From: Negaprion brevirostris
Taxonomy: Eukaryota
DNA: 64,000 nucleotides
Assembly: GCA_030324005.1 (NCBI GenBank)
Contig: JARDVH010000025.1
Coordinates: forward strand, 45,099,029-45,163,028
Direction: 5' to 3'
Positions within the stretch are counted from its first letter, which is position 1. The number at the start of each line of letters is the position of its first letter. The position numbers were made by a program, and so were the translations under genes. The notes beneath the pieces were generated by a model. The model did not search any database and was not told the origin of the DNA. It saw only the letters and a program-made list of their open reading frames with translations. Shown here one piece after another: positions 11,025 through 22,070 of the stretch.

Positions 11025-14000
11025 CATTGCTACCAAGACGGTATTAATACACAACGTGATATCGGAGAAATGTTATCTGTCTGTGTTCTAATTGTGCACC
11101 CTTATTAAAGATGCAGTTCTATAATCCTAATTCCAGGAAAGTCAAAGATTTTGTAAATGGATTAATAATTGATTGTCTCTCCCGCATAGGTCCTGGCTCC
11201 ATTGCTTTGGGGCCAGAATTACAAAGAGAATCCAAATTATAATGCACAGTGCGCCAACAAACTTTTTCACCTTACATGCAGTCAGTCTCCTTTCGTGCTG
11301 TGAATATTTTATTTAATGTGACTGGCTTCTAAATCATCAAATCGGTCGCTACATTTAAAAAAAACTCGACAAAACTGGAATAAAGGGAAATGTGTCAGGG
11401 AAGTCCCCCTAGCTATTTTAACAAAATTACAAATTCTGAATTCGCCAACGCTTCATTTCTATTTATTAAAAAGTACATATCTGGAAAAAAAATCAAAATT
11501 CAATTGACATTTGTGTTTTTTTATTCATATTTTGATTGATCTTAAACTCCTCTTGTCCTCACACGTACGCCTAAACTTATCCCTAACTATGACACCTACG
11601 ATGAATTTCCCTCAATGCTAAACTTCATTTCAAATTGCAGCTACGCCACGCCAATTAAATCAGTCTGTCCAGCCCACGAGTGCCAGTGACCAAACAGCAA
11701 GCAGTAACTCACATGCAAGTGAATGATATTTAATTGCTGGCGCTGAGATTATGCATTCTATGTATGCATCTGCTGTAAAACAAATAGTGGAAGTAAATAT
11801 TCCGAAAAGCGCGAGCAGCAAGTTAATAAAAAAAACCGCAAAAAGATTGCGAAGAAGTAGGTTCCTTAACTAGCGTACGTGTTACCAACTTTCATCACGT
11901 AAAATTAAGTCAACTTTACATTTTCAATAGCAAAGATCGGCATCGCTGTGAAAATGTACATTTACACCATATTCATTCGCCAGTGTTCTATTGATCGCTT
12001 TGGGGGTATGGGGAAGCTGATACAGTTCGTTAATAGATGGAGATCTATTGTCTTCATTTACAGAGTGTATTGTGATCAGCGACAAACATAACTATCCTCT
12101 AAAATATAATTTCCAGGTATCAGTCACCTGCTCATAAACCGGCATTATTATACATTATTCATTTGTAGACAGGATGCATTGTAATTTATCGGTCTTAGAA
12201 TAACTTAGCAATATGCAGAATCAAAAGTACATTTGGCCTCATTTATTTCTTGCTGCTTTGGGAAGGTGCGCCCATTTTATTTTACTTGCAACACCGAGCT
12301 GCGTTTTAATGGAGTCCTATGCTGGGTATGGGTTCCTTTCCAATGTCATTTTCAAACACACGAAGGAGCCGATGAACGGCACGATATAATAAACAACAAG
12401 GTCGCCAGATTGAAACAATGTTTCGTTAACCCTTCGAAAACTTAATTCCCACTTTTTTACAAAAGGCACATTTTTTTAATGCCAGATGACAGCCACCGAT
12501 AGGATTGAGACTGGGTACTGTTCTAGAAATCAACCACATCTGATTGTCCTATCGGATTGCTCAATGTGTCTGTTTTGGTACAAAATGCTAACGTCGAAAC
12601 GTTGACAAATATCATGCAAGGTATCACAGGGTAATGCAAGTGGATGACTACATGTACTGTCGAAAAAGCTGCGACCGTCTGATCTGCAGAATCCTGTAAA
12701 CACGTGTCTTTTATTTCGTTTCCCCGTCCTCTAAGAACAGCTTACAGATCGGTTACTGACTGCAATACTTGAGCTGTGTTATGTGGATACATGTGGCCTC
12801 CCAATGATCTATTCCGTTCAGAGTTAAACAAATCAATCACAATGCAAAGTGATATGGGAATTCCTACAAAACCTCATTTCCACTGGTTTCACATTACTTT
12901 CTCGCCCTTGTGCTCAATGATTGACAGGAGACATCTCTATTGTAACTGTGAGAGCACCCTTCACCTTCTTATTGTTCACATGCGTGTGTTTTTTGAAGTG
13001 TGTGTATGTCGGTGCATATGTGTAGGCTGCGTTCATGTTCACGGAAACGTGACTGGATCTGTGTTGCATAACTTTACTTTCCCCCCCCCCCCCAATCTGT
13101 CTGCATCACCTGCATATGTGTTAGTCTGTCTGGACATCCCGTTGTCTGTGTACAGATATAATCCTGTTTGTGCCACGTATGGCTTATGCATTTTCTGTGC
13201 GTATGCTTATCCCACTCTGCGTCACCTTATACGTGTGTGCAAGCCATGGATTTCAATTTTCAGTATTCCAATGGATCAAATAATGGGGTCTGGCTCATAG
13301 CTCTGTGCCGCCTGCACTGTCATTGCGCGGACACATTCAGCTTTCAAAATTATCCCACTATCCAAATACTGGTGTAGCTGGCGGGAGTGGGGTGTCTGAG
13401 AATTCGGCTGGGCAATGCGTTAACATACAATTTGATTTTCGGAATTATTGGGTCCTCCAGTTTCCAAGGGTTCCTACGAGTCAGTTACGTGTTCACCAAA
13501 TTCAGTGCACAGAAGGTGCCGACGAAATTTTTTTTATATGCCTGGGTAATAGCTTGTGTAACTCTGCCCTCCCGCACGGACGTGCCTTTCTCAATGTGTC
13601 GAAGTTCTTAAGAGTCTGCCGCAGCCTTTTCTTCTACCAACTCCTGTACAGTTTTGTTGGAGTTTGGACCTTGCTTACTTTGGACATGAGAGCCGGTGGC
13701 TTTGTTCGTGTATTTACATAAAGCGGCCTCTAGTAGTTTCAACGTTAAGTTCGCATAGTTTTGAAGTAAAACCTGTGAACGCGCCCTTGATTCTGCTTTC
13801 TATTTAACTGGAGTAAATGAACCATCCAACTGCAAACACTCCCCCAACCCCCATGAATTAATTCAAACCGTTACTTATACAATTGGATTGTTTCAGTTTT
13901 GGATTTAAACAAAAAGACCTAAAGGTTCTAATTTGACTGATTCCCTTCAATTGTCCAATTAGCTTTCCCCACTCCCCTCCCCCCGAAACCCCCGGGTTAA

Positions 14001-14061
14001 AATCTATTCTGTGGTTGGTGTTAATAACTTGCGGCTCGAATCTGGATGTGTTATGGGCGAG

Positions 14062-14153
14062 TGGAGGTGGGGGGGAGGGGGATGGGGCGGTGGGTGGCTG
14101 GGGTGTGGGGGATGGGGGTGTGGCGGTGTGGGGGAGGGGGCGAAGGGGGGTGT
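14062..14153 (+). repeat. G-rich low-complexity tract with G-quadruplex potential
   Basis: About ten runs of 3 or more G within ~90 bp. Confidence 0.7.
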
Positions 14154-15855
14154 TGAAATGCGACCAACAAGTAACTCACGTTTTTGAATGTTTCAAAGGA
14201 ACTGAGGATCTAACCGCAACACACAGGTATCAACACTCACAGAATCACAACTCTCATCTATCAAATATATATATTCGTTAAAATTCTATAACGATTCCGT
14301 GTTCAGTTCTAACATCTTCCCTTATACGTATATGTACATATACATACCTAAACATTGCAATGTTTTCAAAAATGAATTTTAGGATTATTATATGTAAATC
14401 AATCAACATTAATGGAAATATTCTAACTGTAGTTTACACAGATCACAACGGTGTTTTGATACATTCATTGCATCAGCATTTTTTGCAATAACGAATTTGT
14501 AATTTCCGATAATGTGTTAGCTATTGGAATTCTTCCCCGCCCCCGTCCTCCGGCCAAAGAAGTCGGGAAACCTCACAAACTCTTCCCTGCGCGCGTATTA
14601 TTTATTCCCGACGTCGATATGAGTTTTCACTAAAATCAGTTTTCTGTTTGAAACTATTTTAGTTTTATTTACTTATTCTTTTTATTTAAATCAATTTTTA
14701 AAGCTAAAAAATGGGGCTTACGAAATGGTTCGCTGTCACTTTGCCAAGTTCCCTGGGACAGGAAATTTAAATCTTACTCATCGTATTCATGAGTTTGAAA
14801 GAGCGTGCGAAACAGGACGGTGCAAACACTATGTTGGATCAATTGTATGTCCAGATGACGATTCTAACTTGATCCTGCCTAAAAAAAAACTGGTCAATTT
14901 TACAATGCGTGCTTTATGTCAAAAGCAAATTCTCTGCTTTTCCAGGATAATCCACAGAATGACACAGAAAGATAGACGGAATTAAACTTGACCAATTGTA
15001 AAAATAGCCCCCAGGGGGCGGGGGGGGGGGGGGCGGTGGTGAACATGGTGTTTTAAGACAGTGCACAAAAAACAAATTAATAGGTACATTGCGTGAAACT
15101 GATTTTTTAAAAAAAAATACCGTAATAGCAAGCGCCTCCGAAACGTCCCCTTTAGATCTGGGAGCTAACCCATTCAAAACAGGCTTCCCTTTCGCCGGCC
15201 CTTTATTTCACTTGTTGGTGTGAAACTAATTTAAAAGTGGGTAGTAACATCAAATATTCCACAATTACAGGAAACTCGCCGAAGGAGAAGGGCTTTGCCG
15301 TGCTCGACAGATGGGGCAACTTTTAAGTATCAATTGCATTTACAGTTTAAAAAAAACTGAGGGTTGGCTGCCTTTTTTCTGTAAGTGTGTGAACTTAAAT
15401 CTCAACAATTAAATAATACTTATTTTAAAAAGTTACTCTTCTAGCCGCCCACATGTTTGGGTTGGAATAGCTCACAATGGACATGTATTATATAAAAATG
15501 GCCCATTTAAGGTAAATCGTTTCTATGTGATCACCAACGCCGTATCCAAGTCATAGCTATATTGTCACCACTTTGATAAAGTTTAATAACTCCACGGGAA
15601 CCACGATGTAAGAAAATATTCAGGGAAAAACTCGTTTACGGTGCCCCTCCAGTTTTTACCCGCTTTTTCCTAAATAACCAATCTATCCGATGAGTAACTT
15701 GTTTTTAAGTAACGATACCTGGTCACAGGCTTAAATAAATGCTCAGTCCGTGAGACCACCCCCCGCCCCCTCCACCGCAAAAAAAATGTAAATAGCAGCA
15801 GGTAAGACTAAGCAGCTGTGGAGGAGAGGCCCCTGCTGATAGTGGGCCAGTGTGG

Positions 15856-15878
15856 TCTGCTTGTCAGTAGAGGGCAAT
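15856..15878 (+). promoter_or_regulatory. Candidate CTCF site downstream of POU3F2
   Basis: GTCAGTAGAGGGCAAT resembles the CCAGYAGRGGGCRC consensus. Confidence 0.4.
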
Positions 15879-17433
15879 CGCACTCCTTCCAGACTCTGTA
15901 ATGGCAAGCTATTGAACAATGCTCCCGATCCATACCCAACTCACACATTTCACCCCATCAGCACGTTTGTGGTCAGAAAACACTTCTTCTTTCTGTCAAA
16001 TTTTTCTTTGTATTGATAAGATAATTTAGCTGAATATGTTCCGCACGCGTGTAATATTGACTGAGCGCAGAAGCGAACCGGTGTCCAGCCAGCTGGCCAG
16101 CTAGATGATCTGGGGCTTTTAATTTCCAAAATAAATCCAATTTACCAAATATTGCAGCTAATTCAGAAATAAAAAAGGCTTATCAAAAGCTGCATTTTCA
16201 GTGTATATCAGTGGATCATATTATTTGATTATGGGAAAAGCCGCATCTAGTTTTTTTTTACAGTGCCGGGGAGGTAACACGTGCAAGGATGAAGGATTGT
16301 CCTTGTAACTGCTCACTACGGTTTGTGAGTTAAAATATTCAGCAATCTCAAATAATGTGGCACAGAAATAAAACGTATGCGGTTCACTTTCAACCAAAAT
16401 GTTTCTATTGTGTATGATACCCATTAGTTACCATCTATCAAGCCATGGATAAGAAATTAAGGTTTAGCTTAGTTTAAGCTTTAAAATGTGAAATACCGAT
16501 TCAGTAAGTAAACAAATCTATGTGTGCACGATTATAACATTCGCACCTGCTGAGCTAGTAACGATTTGAAAACATATTCAGTTTGTAAACGCCCACAAAA
16601 ACAAAATACATATTACTTGTGGAATCAACATATTTTATATGGTAGATGTAAACATTTGTATTTGTGTGTGTCTCAATGTCTAGGATTAGCTTCATGAGGT
16701 TAATGCCGTGCCTTCGTAAATGAATATTACATTCATATCCTTATTAGAATAATAAAAGTAAGGCCACGATAAGGATTTGGAAAACAAACTAAACGCTGTC
16801 GCCCAGCCGCTCAGAAAATCATTGCCCACAAAGCCAAGACAGAAGACTTCAAGGTTGTGCGATTGCTTGTTTTATGTAAGTAATAAAATATTACTTTAAC
16901 ATAAATATATAAGGGACTCTGCGTTGTTCTTTTATCTTCACAAGACACATTGAAATGTACCAAAAACAATCTTTTCAAGAGAAGGGGAAAATAGCATAAC
17001 GGAAAAATGTACATCCCACATTGAACATCTAATCAATAAAGCTACAGAAGAAACAGTTTCCAGAACTTCTTTTAAAGAAATAAATACATTGAGGCAGGCC
17101 ACGTGAAAATGATATTAAAATTCCCTGGGCAGCATTATGGAAAAAATGTATACAAGGGAAAAAAATCATTCAGATAATGTTTTTTTCTTCTTCAGTTCAA
17201 AAGACAAATATATGCAACATATATACATAGTGGTATAAGATGTGCATGGTAACCGCTCTCCATAAACCTATGAGATAAGGTTCTAACAAAGTACTCCACG
17301 TTTAACTTCATCTTACTAAACGAACAGACACAAATTTTGTTTGTGTCTCAGGGTTTCTTTTTCGCTGTACCAACCTATCTGACCCGGTGCTTTTTTTAAT
17401 TTTTTAAAATGTTTTTCTAACACTTCACTAAAT

Positions 17434-17763
17434 TTTATTGTCTTTAGGAATCGCTATAACTGCGGTTAAATTACAATCATATCACCACATCAAAATATCT
17501 CAAATANNNACACATCTTTTCTAGAATTTTGAATGTTTGGATATGTTCTTTGTAAGAAAGCGCAAATTACTGACAGGTTTTACGGGGGTTGGGGGTGGGG
17601 GGGATGTCTCATTATATCCGACTGTCGCTTGTGTTTTTTTATATATGTTAGACGGTGGGCTCACGGTTTAATAAGTACATGTTTTATACTGCAATATATC
17701 TTTCTTCGAAAAAAAACTGTGGCAGAAACTACACCATTTTGACTGGATTTGTATTTATTTATT
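17434..17763 (-). promoter_or_regulatory. Candidate polyadenylation signals for the POU3F2 3' UTR
   Basis: AATAAA on the minus strand at 17754-17763 (overlapping pair) and 17434-17439; the site actually used is unknown. Confidence 0.35.
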
Positions 17764-17970
17764 CATTATTGTACAGTGCTAATTTGAGGCGTTCGGATGC
17801 TAGCTAGCAGATGTGTGTGCAATAGTCCTGCCGTGTAAAAAGGTATTGCATTTCTTGCCACCGGAATTAGTTATTGGTTAAACATGGGGATGAAACTTTT
17901 AATCGGTGATCCATAGTACTTCAGAGCGCCTGATATTTATCGATTTATCATCCATTTAGTTACTTTTTTT

Positions 17971-18010
17971 GTGTATGTGTGTCTATGTGTGTGTGTGTGT
18001 GTGTGTGTGT
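17971..18010. repeat. (TG)n microsatellite in the presumed POU3F2 3' UTR
   Basis: Direct reading of the sequence. Confidence 0.9.
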
Positions 18011-18649
18011 GGATTGATCCCGTTTTGCTATTTCGCAGCTCCCAACTTCAAATCTTGGAGAGAGAATGGTATGGTTCGAGCTGAACCCCTCTCTGTCTGA
18101 CTGATGCAGCCTATTTTCCCCTCACATACACGGCCTCTCATCTCATACAATCAACGCCCAGGAGAAATATCTCCTACTCGGTTCCGATTTAAAAAAAACA
18201 AAACAATTGCCTGGGACGGTGGCTCGTCCGGACGGCAGTGTATTGGAATTTCCTCCTTTTTTTGGCCTCCTTTTTTGCCTTTTCCTCCAACAAACAAAAC
18301 GGCAGCTCGTGGCCAACACCTCCTCCTGCTTTTCTACAAAGAAAAATCCCGTTGCCCCCGCCTGACACCGTGGATCTATACATTATCAATGATATAGCAG
18401 CCTTTCCGGTCACATTCTTTCCAGGCAGTTTTGTGTCTCTTTGCCTCAAGTTCTTTTTTTGTGTGTGTAAAGGTATGTATAATCAGTGCCTCTTATTATT
18501 TATATACTCACTCCATTTGCCTGCGAGCTCCTTCTGTATAGGTCAAAACACATCATTAACGTGTGCTATCGTAACGATAGTCCAGTGTTTTAAGCTGTTC
18601 GTTAAGAAAAGAACAAATAAAAGGAACAAAAAGTGAGAGAAGTGGCCAT

Positions 18650-19789
18650 TCACTGTACAGAAGTCTGAACCCCATGATGTGACGGCGGAGTGTCTCTGGC
18701 CCCATATACATCCTCGGCTCCTGGGTGAGCCCCTCCGGGAGGAGTCATCCGCTTCTCTTTCTGTCGTCTGTTACAAAACCAAACCCTGACCACCTCCTTC
18801 TCCAGCTGCAGACTGTCCGCCAGAGAGTTGATCTCCTGGGCCGAGGGCTTGGGACACTTCAAAAAATGGCTCTCCAAAGCCCCCTTGACGCTGACCTCGA
18901 TCGAGGTCCTCTTTTTCCTCTTCCTGCCCTGGGCAGCAATCTTGTCTATGCTGGTGGGGCTTCCAGAGGAAGAGTCTGCCTCCTCCAGCCACTTGTTCAA
19001 CAAGGGTTTGAGTTTGCACATGTTTTTAAAACTGAGCTGCAGCGCTTCGAACCTGCAGATGGTGGTCTGAGAGAAGACATTGCCATACAGCGTCCCGAGA
19101 GCTAGTCCCACATCGGCCTGGGTAAATCCGAGCTTGATCCTCCTCTGCTTGAACTGCTTGGCGAACTGCTCCAAGTCGTCCGAGGTGGGGGTGTCCTCGT
19201 CCGAGTGTTCGTGCCCCTGGTGCTGGTGGTGATGGTGCGCCTGGTGCTGTTGGTGGTGCTGAGTGTGCTCCCCGTGGTGCTCTTCGTGAGCCTCCCTGAG
19301 GCCGTGGTGCATGCCCTGGGTGCCTGCCGGATTGATCATTCCATTGACGGTGAAGCCGGGCTGCGAGTAGATGAGGCTCTGGCCGTTGGACGGCATGCTG
19401 GGGATGTGGGCGGACGTGCTGTTGCCCCATGCCCCGTGGTGGTTGCCGTGCTGGTGGACCATGTGAGGGGGCCGGTGGTGTAGGGTGCCCCCGGTGTGGA
19501 GGTCCTCCCTGCCCGACTGCACCGACGGCTTGATGTCCTGCTGGCCGAGGGGGCTGGCCGGCACGCCGGCCGACCAGGGGGAGCCCTCGGCGTGAGAGAG
19601 AGCCGTTAACCATTGGTGAGCGTGGCTGAGAGGGTGTCCATTGCTTTGCATGTAGTCATTCTGGACCAGTTTCTGTGCATCCCTGTAGGCTGTCCCTTGT
19701 TGCATGCTCCCTGGCTCTGCGTGCACGATGGAGTTGGAGGTGAGGATGTTGCCGCTCGTAATGTAATGATTAGATGCTGTGGTCGCCAT
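18650..19789 (-). CDS. POU3F2: POU domain class 3 transcription factor 2 (Brn2/N-Oct-3), single-exon, 379 aa
   Basis: Uninterrupted ORF with POU-specific domain ([36 protein letters not shown]...[10 protein letters not shown]), class III linker and POU homeodomain ([10 protein letters not shown]...[15 protein letters not shown]). The N-terminus (SNHY...SIVHAEP...[13 protein letters not shown]) and C-terminus ([21 protein letters not shown]) match POU3F2 better than POU3F1/3/4. Strong Kozak context gagtcATGG. Confidence 0.95.
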   Translation of the reverse strand: MATTASNHYITSGNILTSNSIVHAEPGSMQQGTAYRDAQKLVQNDYMQSNGHPLSHAHQWLTALSHAEGSPWSAGVPASPLGQQDIKPSVQSGREDLHTGGTLHHRPPHMVHQHGNHHGAWGNSTSAHIPSMPSNGQSLIYSQPGFTVNGMINPAGTQGMHHGLREAHEEHHGEHTQHHQQHQAHHHHQHQGHEHSDEDTPTSDDLEQFAKQFKQRRIKLGFTQADVGLALGTLYGNVFSQTTICRFEALQLSFKNMCKLKPLLNKWLEEADSSSGSPTSIDKIAAQGRKRKKRTSIEVSVKGALESHFLKCPKPSAQEINSLADSLQLEKEVVRVWFCNRRQKEKRMTPPGGAHPGAEDVYGARDTPPSHHGVQTSVQ

Positions 19790-21936
19790 GACTCGCTAAG
19801 CCGGAGTGATCTGACTTGTTAAACGAGGCGAGCCTTTGACAACTTGCACCGGGCTCGTCTCATTTGCAGCACCCGGAGCTGGGAAAGCCNNNNNNNNNNN
19901 NNNNNNNNNNNNNNNNNNNNNNNNNNNNNNNNNNNNNNNNNNNNNNNNNNNNNNNNNNNNNNNNNNNNNNNNNNNNNNNNNNNNNNNNNNNNNNNNNNNN
20001 NNNNNNNNNNNNNNNNNNNNNNNNNNNNNNNNNNNNNNNNNNNNNNNNNNNNNNNNNNNNNNNNNNNNNNNNNNNNNNNNNNNNNNNNNNNNNNNNNNNN
20101 NNNNNNNNNNNNNNNNNNNNNNNNNNNNNNNNNNNNNNNNNNNNNNNNNNNNNNNNNNNNNNNNNNNNNNNNNNNNNNNNNNNNNNNNNNCAAAAAAAGT
20201 GAACAGCCCCATAGCTCCAGAGGCAACCCCTCCCCACCCAAAGACAACAGGCCGGGTGATCACTGGAAGCAAGCAGGCGGAACCAGCAGAAAGTGCAAGT
20301 TTATTTATTTTTTTAATAAAAAAAAGCCTCTGGAAGCATGAACAAACAGCCAGGGAAAGCTGCCAAACACTTCAAGACTCAATGCCCCCTCCCCTTCTCT
20401 CTTTCACAGTGACTCCGCTGGCTTCAAAGAGAAATAAACATGTTTACAAGTGACCCAACTTTCCAGAACGCATTTCCTCCATCTCATTGTGTACAAGTTT
20501 AAAAGAAAAATAACAGCCCCTCCGCGGAATTTTATCTTATTTATTTGTTAAAAAGCTATTTTAAGACTTCAATCCCGCGAGTTTGACCGAATTGATTTCA
20601 CTGTCGGGCACTTGTTATTTTCTTTCATAAAAGATGTTTGAGAACTTTTACAGCCGCTAAGTGAGCAGCTGGATTTGGAGATTTCAACAGCTGGAAGGAT
20701 TTTCACCCGTGAAGCCCAACCCCCTGCACCACCCGGCTCGTTATACTGAGCAGAAACATTATCTTTGAAATGTTACAATTGAGTGGGAAGGATGTATTTA
20801 TTCCCCATCCCAGTCCGTATTTATTCAGGACTGAGGGGGGCTCCCACCCCCACTTTCCCTTGGCTCTGGGGTTCTCTCTATCTCTCTGCGCGGCGGGAGA
20901 GTCCTGAGAACTGCCGCCGGTTGCAGCGTCTATTCCTCCGAAGTTTGGCGTTGCCGGAAAGGCTGGCGATTCCTCCACCCCCCCCCTCGGCCAGGGGCAC
21001 TGCTCCCTTCCCTCGGAGGACTTCCCGAAACAGGGTTGAGGGTTCTCAGTCTAATGCAGAGCCCGGCTGCGTGTACTTTAATCGCAACCCCGATTGCAAA
21101 CCAGCCCGCTCGCTGCCAGTCCGATGCGATCTGCTTTTACCGCTGTCTGTGAAATACAGATGCGGTCGGATCGCAACCCCGATTCCAGCAGCCCCTGACA
21201 TGGCTTTGTGGATTGCAGAATCCAGCACGGCTCAGACTGAAATACAACCCCAACTTCCCCCAATTGTAAATGTGAGCGGATCGCTCTCCCTGGCCCCCGC
21301 TCTGATATCATGTCTGAGTCCATTCGGTCAACACTGACACTGCAACTGGGAATTGGTTCACTCCCGCGGACCAGTCTCCTACCCAACCACAGACTAACAG
21401 TTGTACTTCCATTTGTAACGTGGGGCACTTCCCATTTCCGGTGCAATCTGCTTTGCAAATGACACTCTGTCGCTGTCAGACTTTTTTTTGCAATGTAATG
21501 AGAGACAGTGATAGCGAAACCGAGTCTCAGACTGAATTGGGGAGCCGAGGGCGCCTTTGTGCTGCTAAATCCAGCTCCTCTTTCTGGTTAACATGACCAC
21601 TCACCCTCTGGTGGCAACATTCGACCAAAGGCCAAAGAGAAGCGACCAGACAGACACTCTTAGGGGTGGGGGAGTGGAACTCGGACACGGTTTCACACCT
21701 ACATCTAAAAGCTCACTGCCTCCCTCCAGGACGCTGTCGGAAGGTAATTGGAAAGTTTGGAGAGTGGCGGGTCCCTCTCCGGCCATTGAAACGTTACCCA
21801 CAGTGAGAGGGGCATTGTGCAGTCAGGCACCAAGCTCCCTCCTTTACAGAGTGCTGCAAGAGCTGGCAATCTCACAGCAGCCACACTCTGAGAGTCGGGC
21901 TGCAGAATATTGTAAACTCAGACTAGACTAAAGGTA

Positions 21937-22070
21937 GCAAAGCAAAGTGCTGCAGTTGCCGGAACTCTGAAATAAGGACAATGAATGCTGGAATGACTCA
22001 GCGGGTCTGGCAGCATCTGGGGGAGAGAGAGAGAAACAGAGTTAACGTTTCAGGTGGACGACTTTTCTAA
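21937..22070 (-). mobile_element. Penelope-derived short repeat, same family as 5091
   Basis: AATGCTGGAA..ACTCAGCGGGTCTGGCAGCATCTG..GAGAGAAACAGAGTTAACGTTTCAGG. Confidence 0.7.

Noticed and set aside
12776-13721. ORFs of 174 and 138 aa on the + strand
   Set aside because: Non-ATG starts, composition driven by TG-rich low complexity, no domain resemblance
18725-19822. Several ORFs overlapping POU3F2 in other frames or antisense, up to 195 aa
   Set aside because: Expected shadows of a GC-rich coding sequence; no recognisable domains
19796-20453. Long ORFs spanning N-gaps (also 33500, 34821-35739, 39454, 46015, 49282, 56825)
   Set aside because: Their length comes from runs of N with no stop codons
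20783-21337. 184-aa ORF upstream of POU3F2
   Set aside because: GC-rich promoter-flank sequence, non-ATG start, Pro/Arg-rich with no recognisable fold
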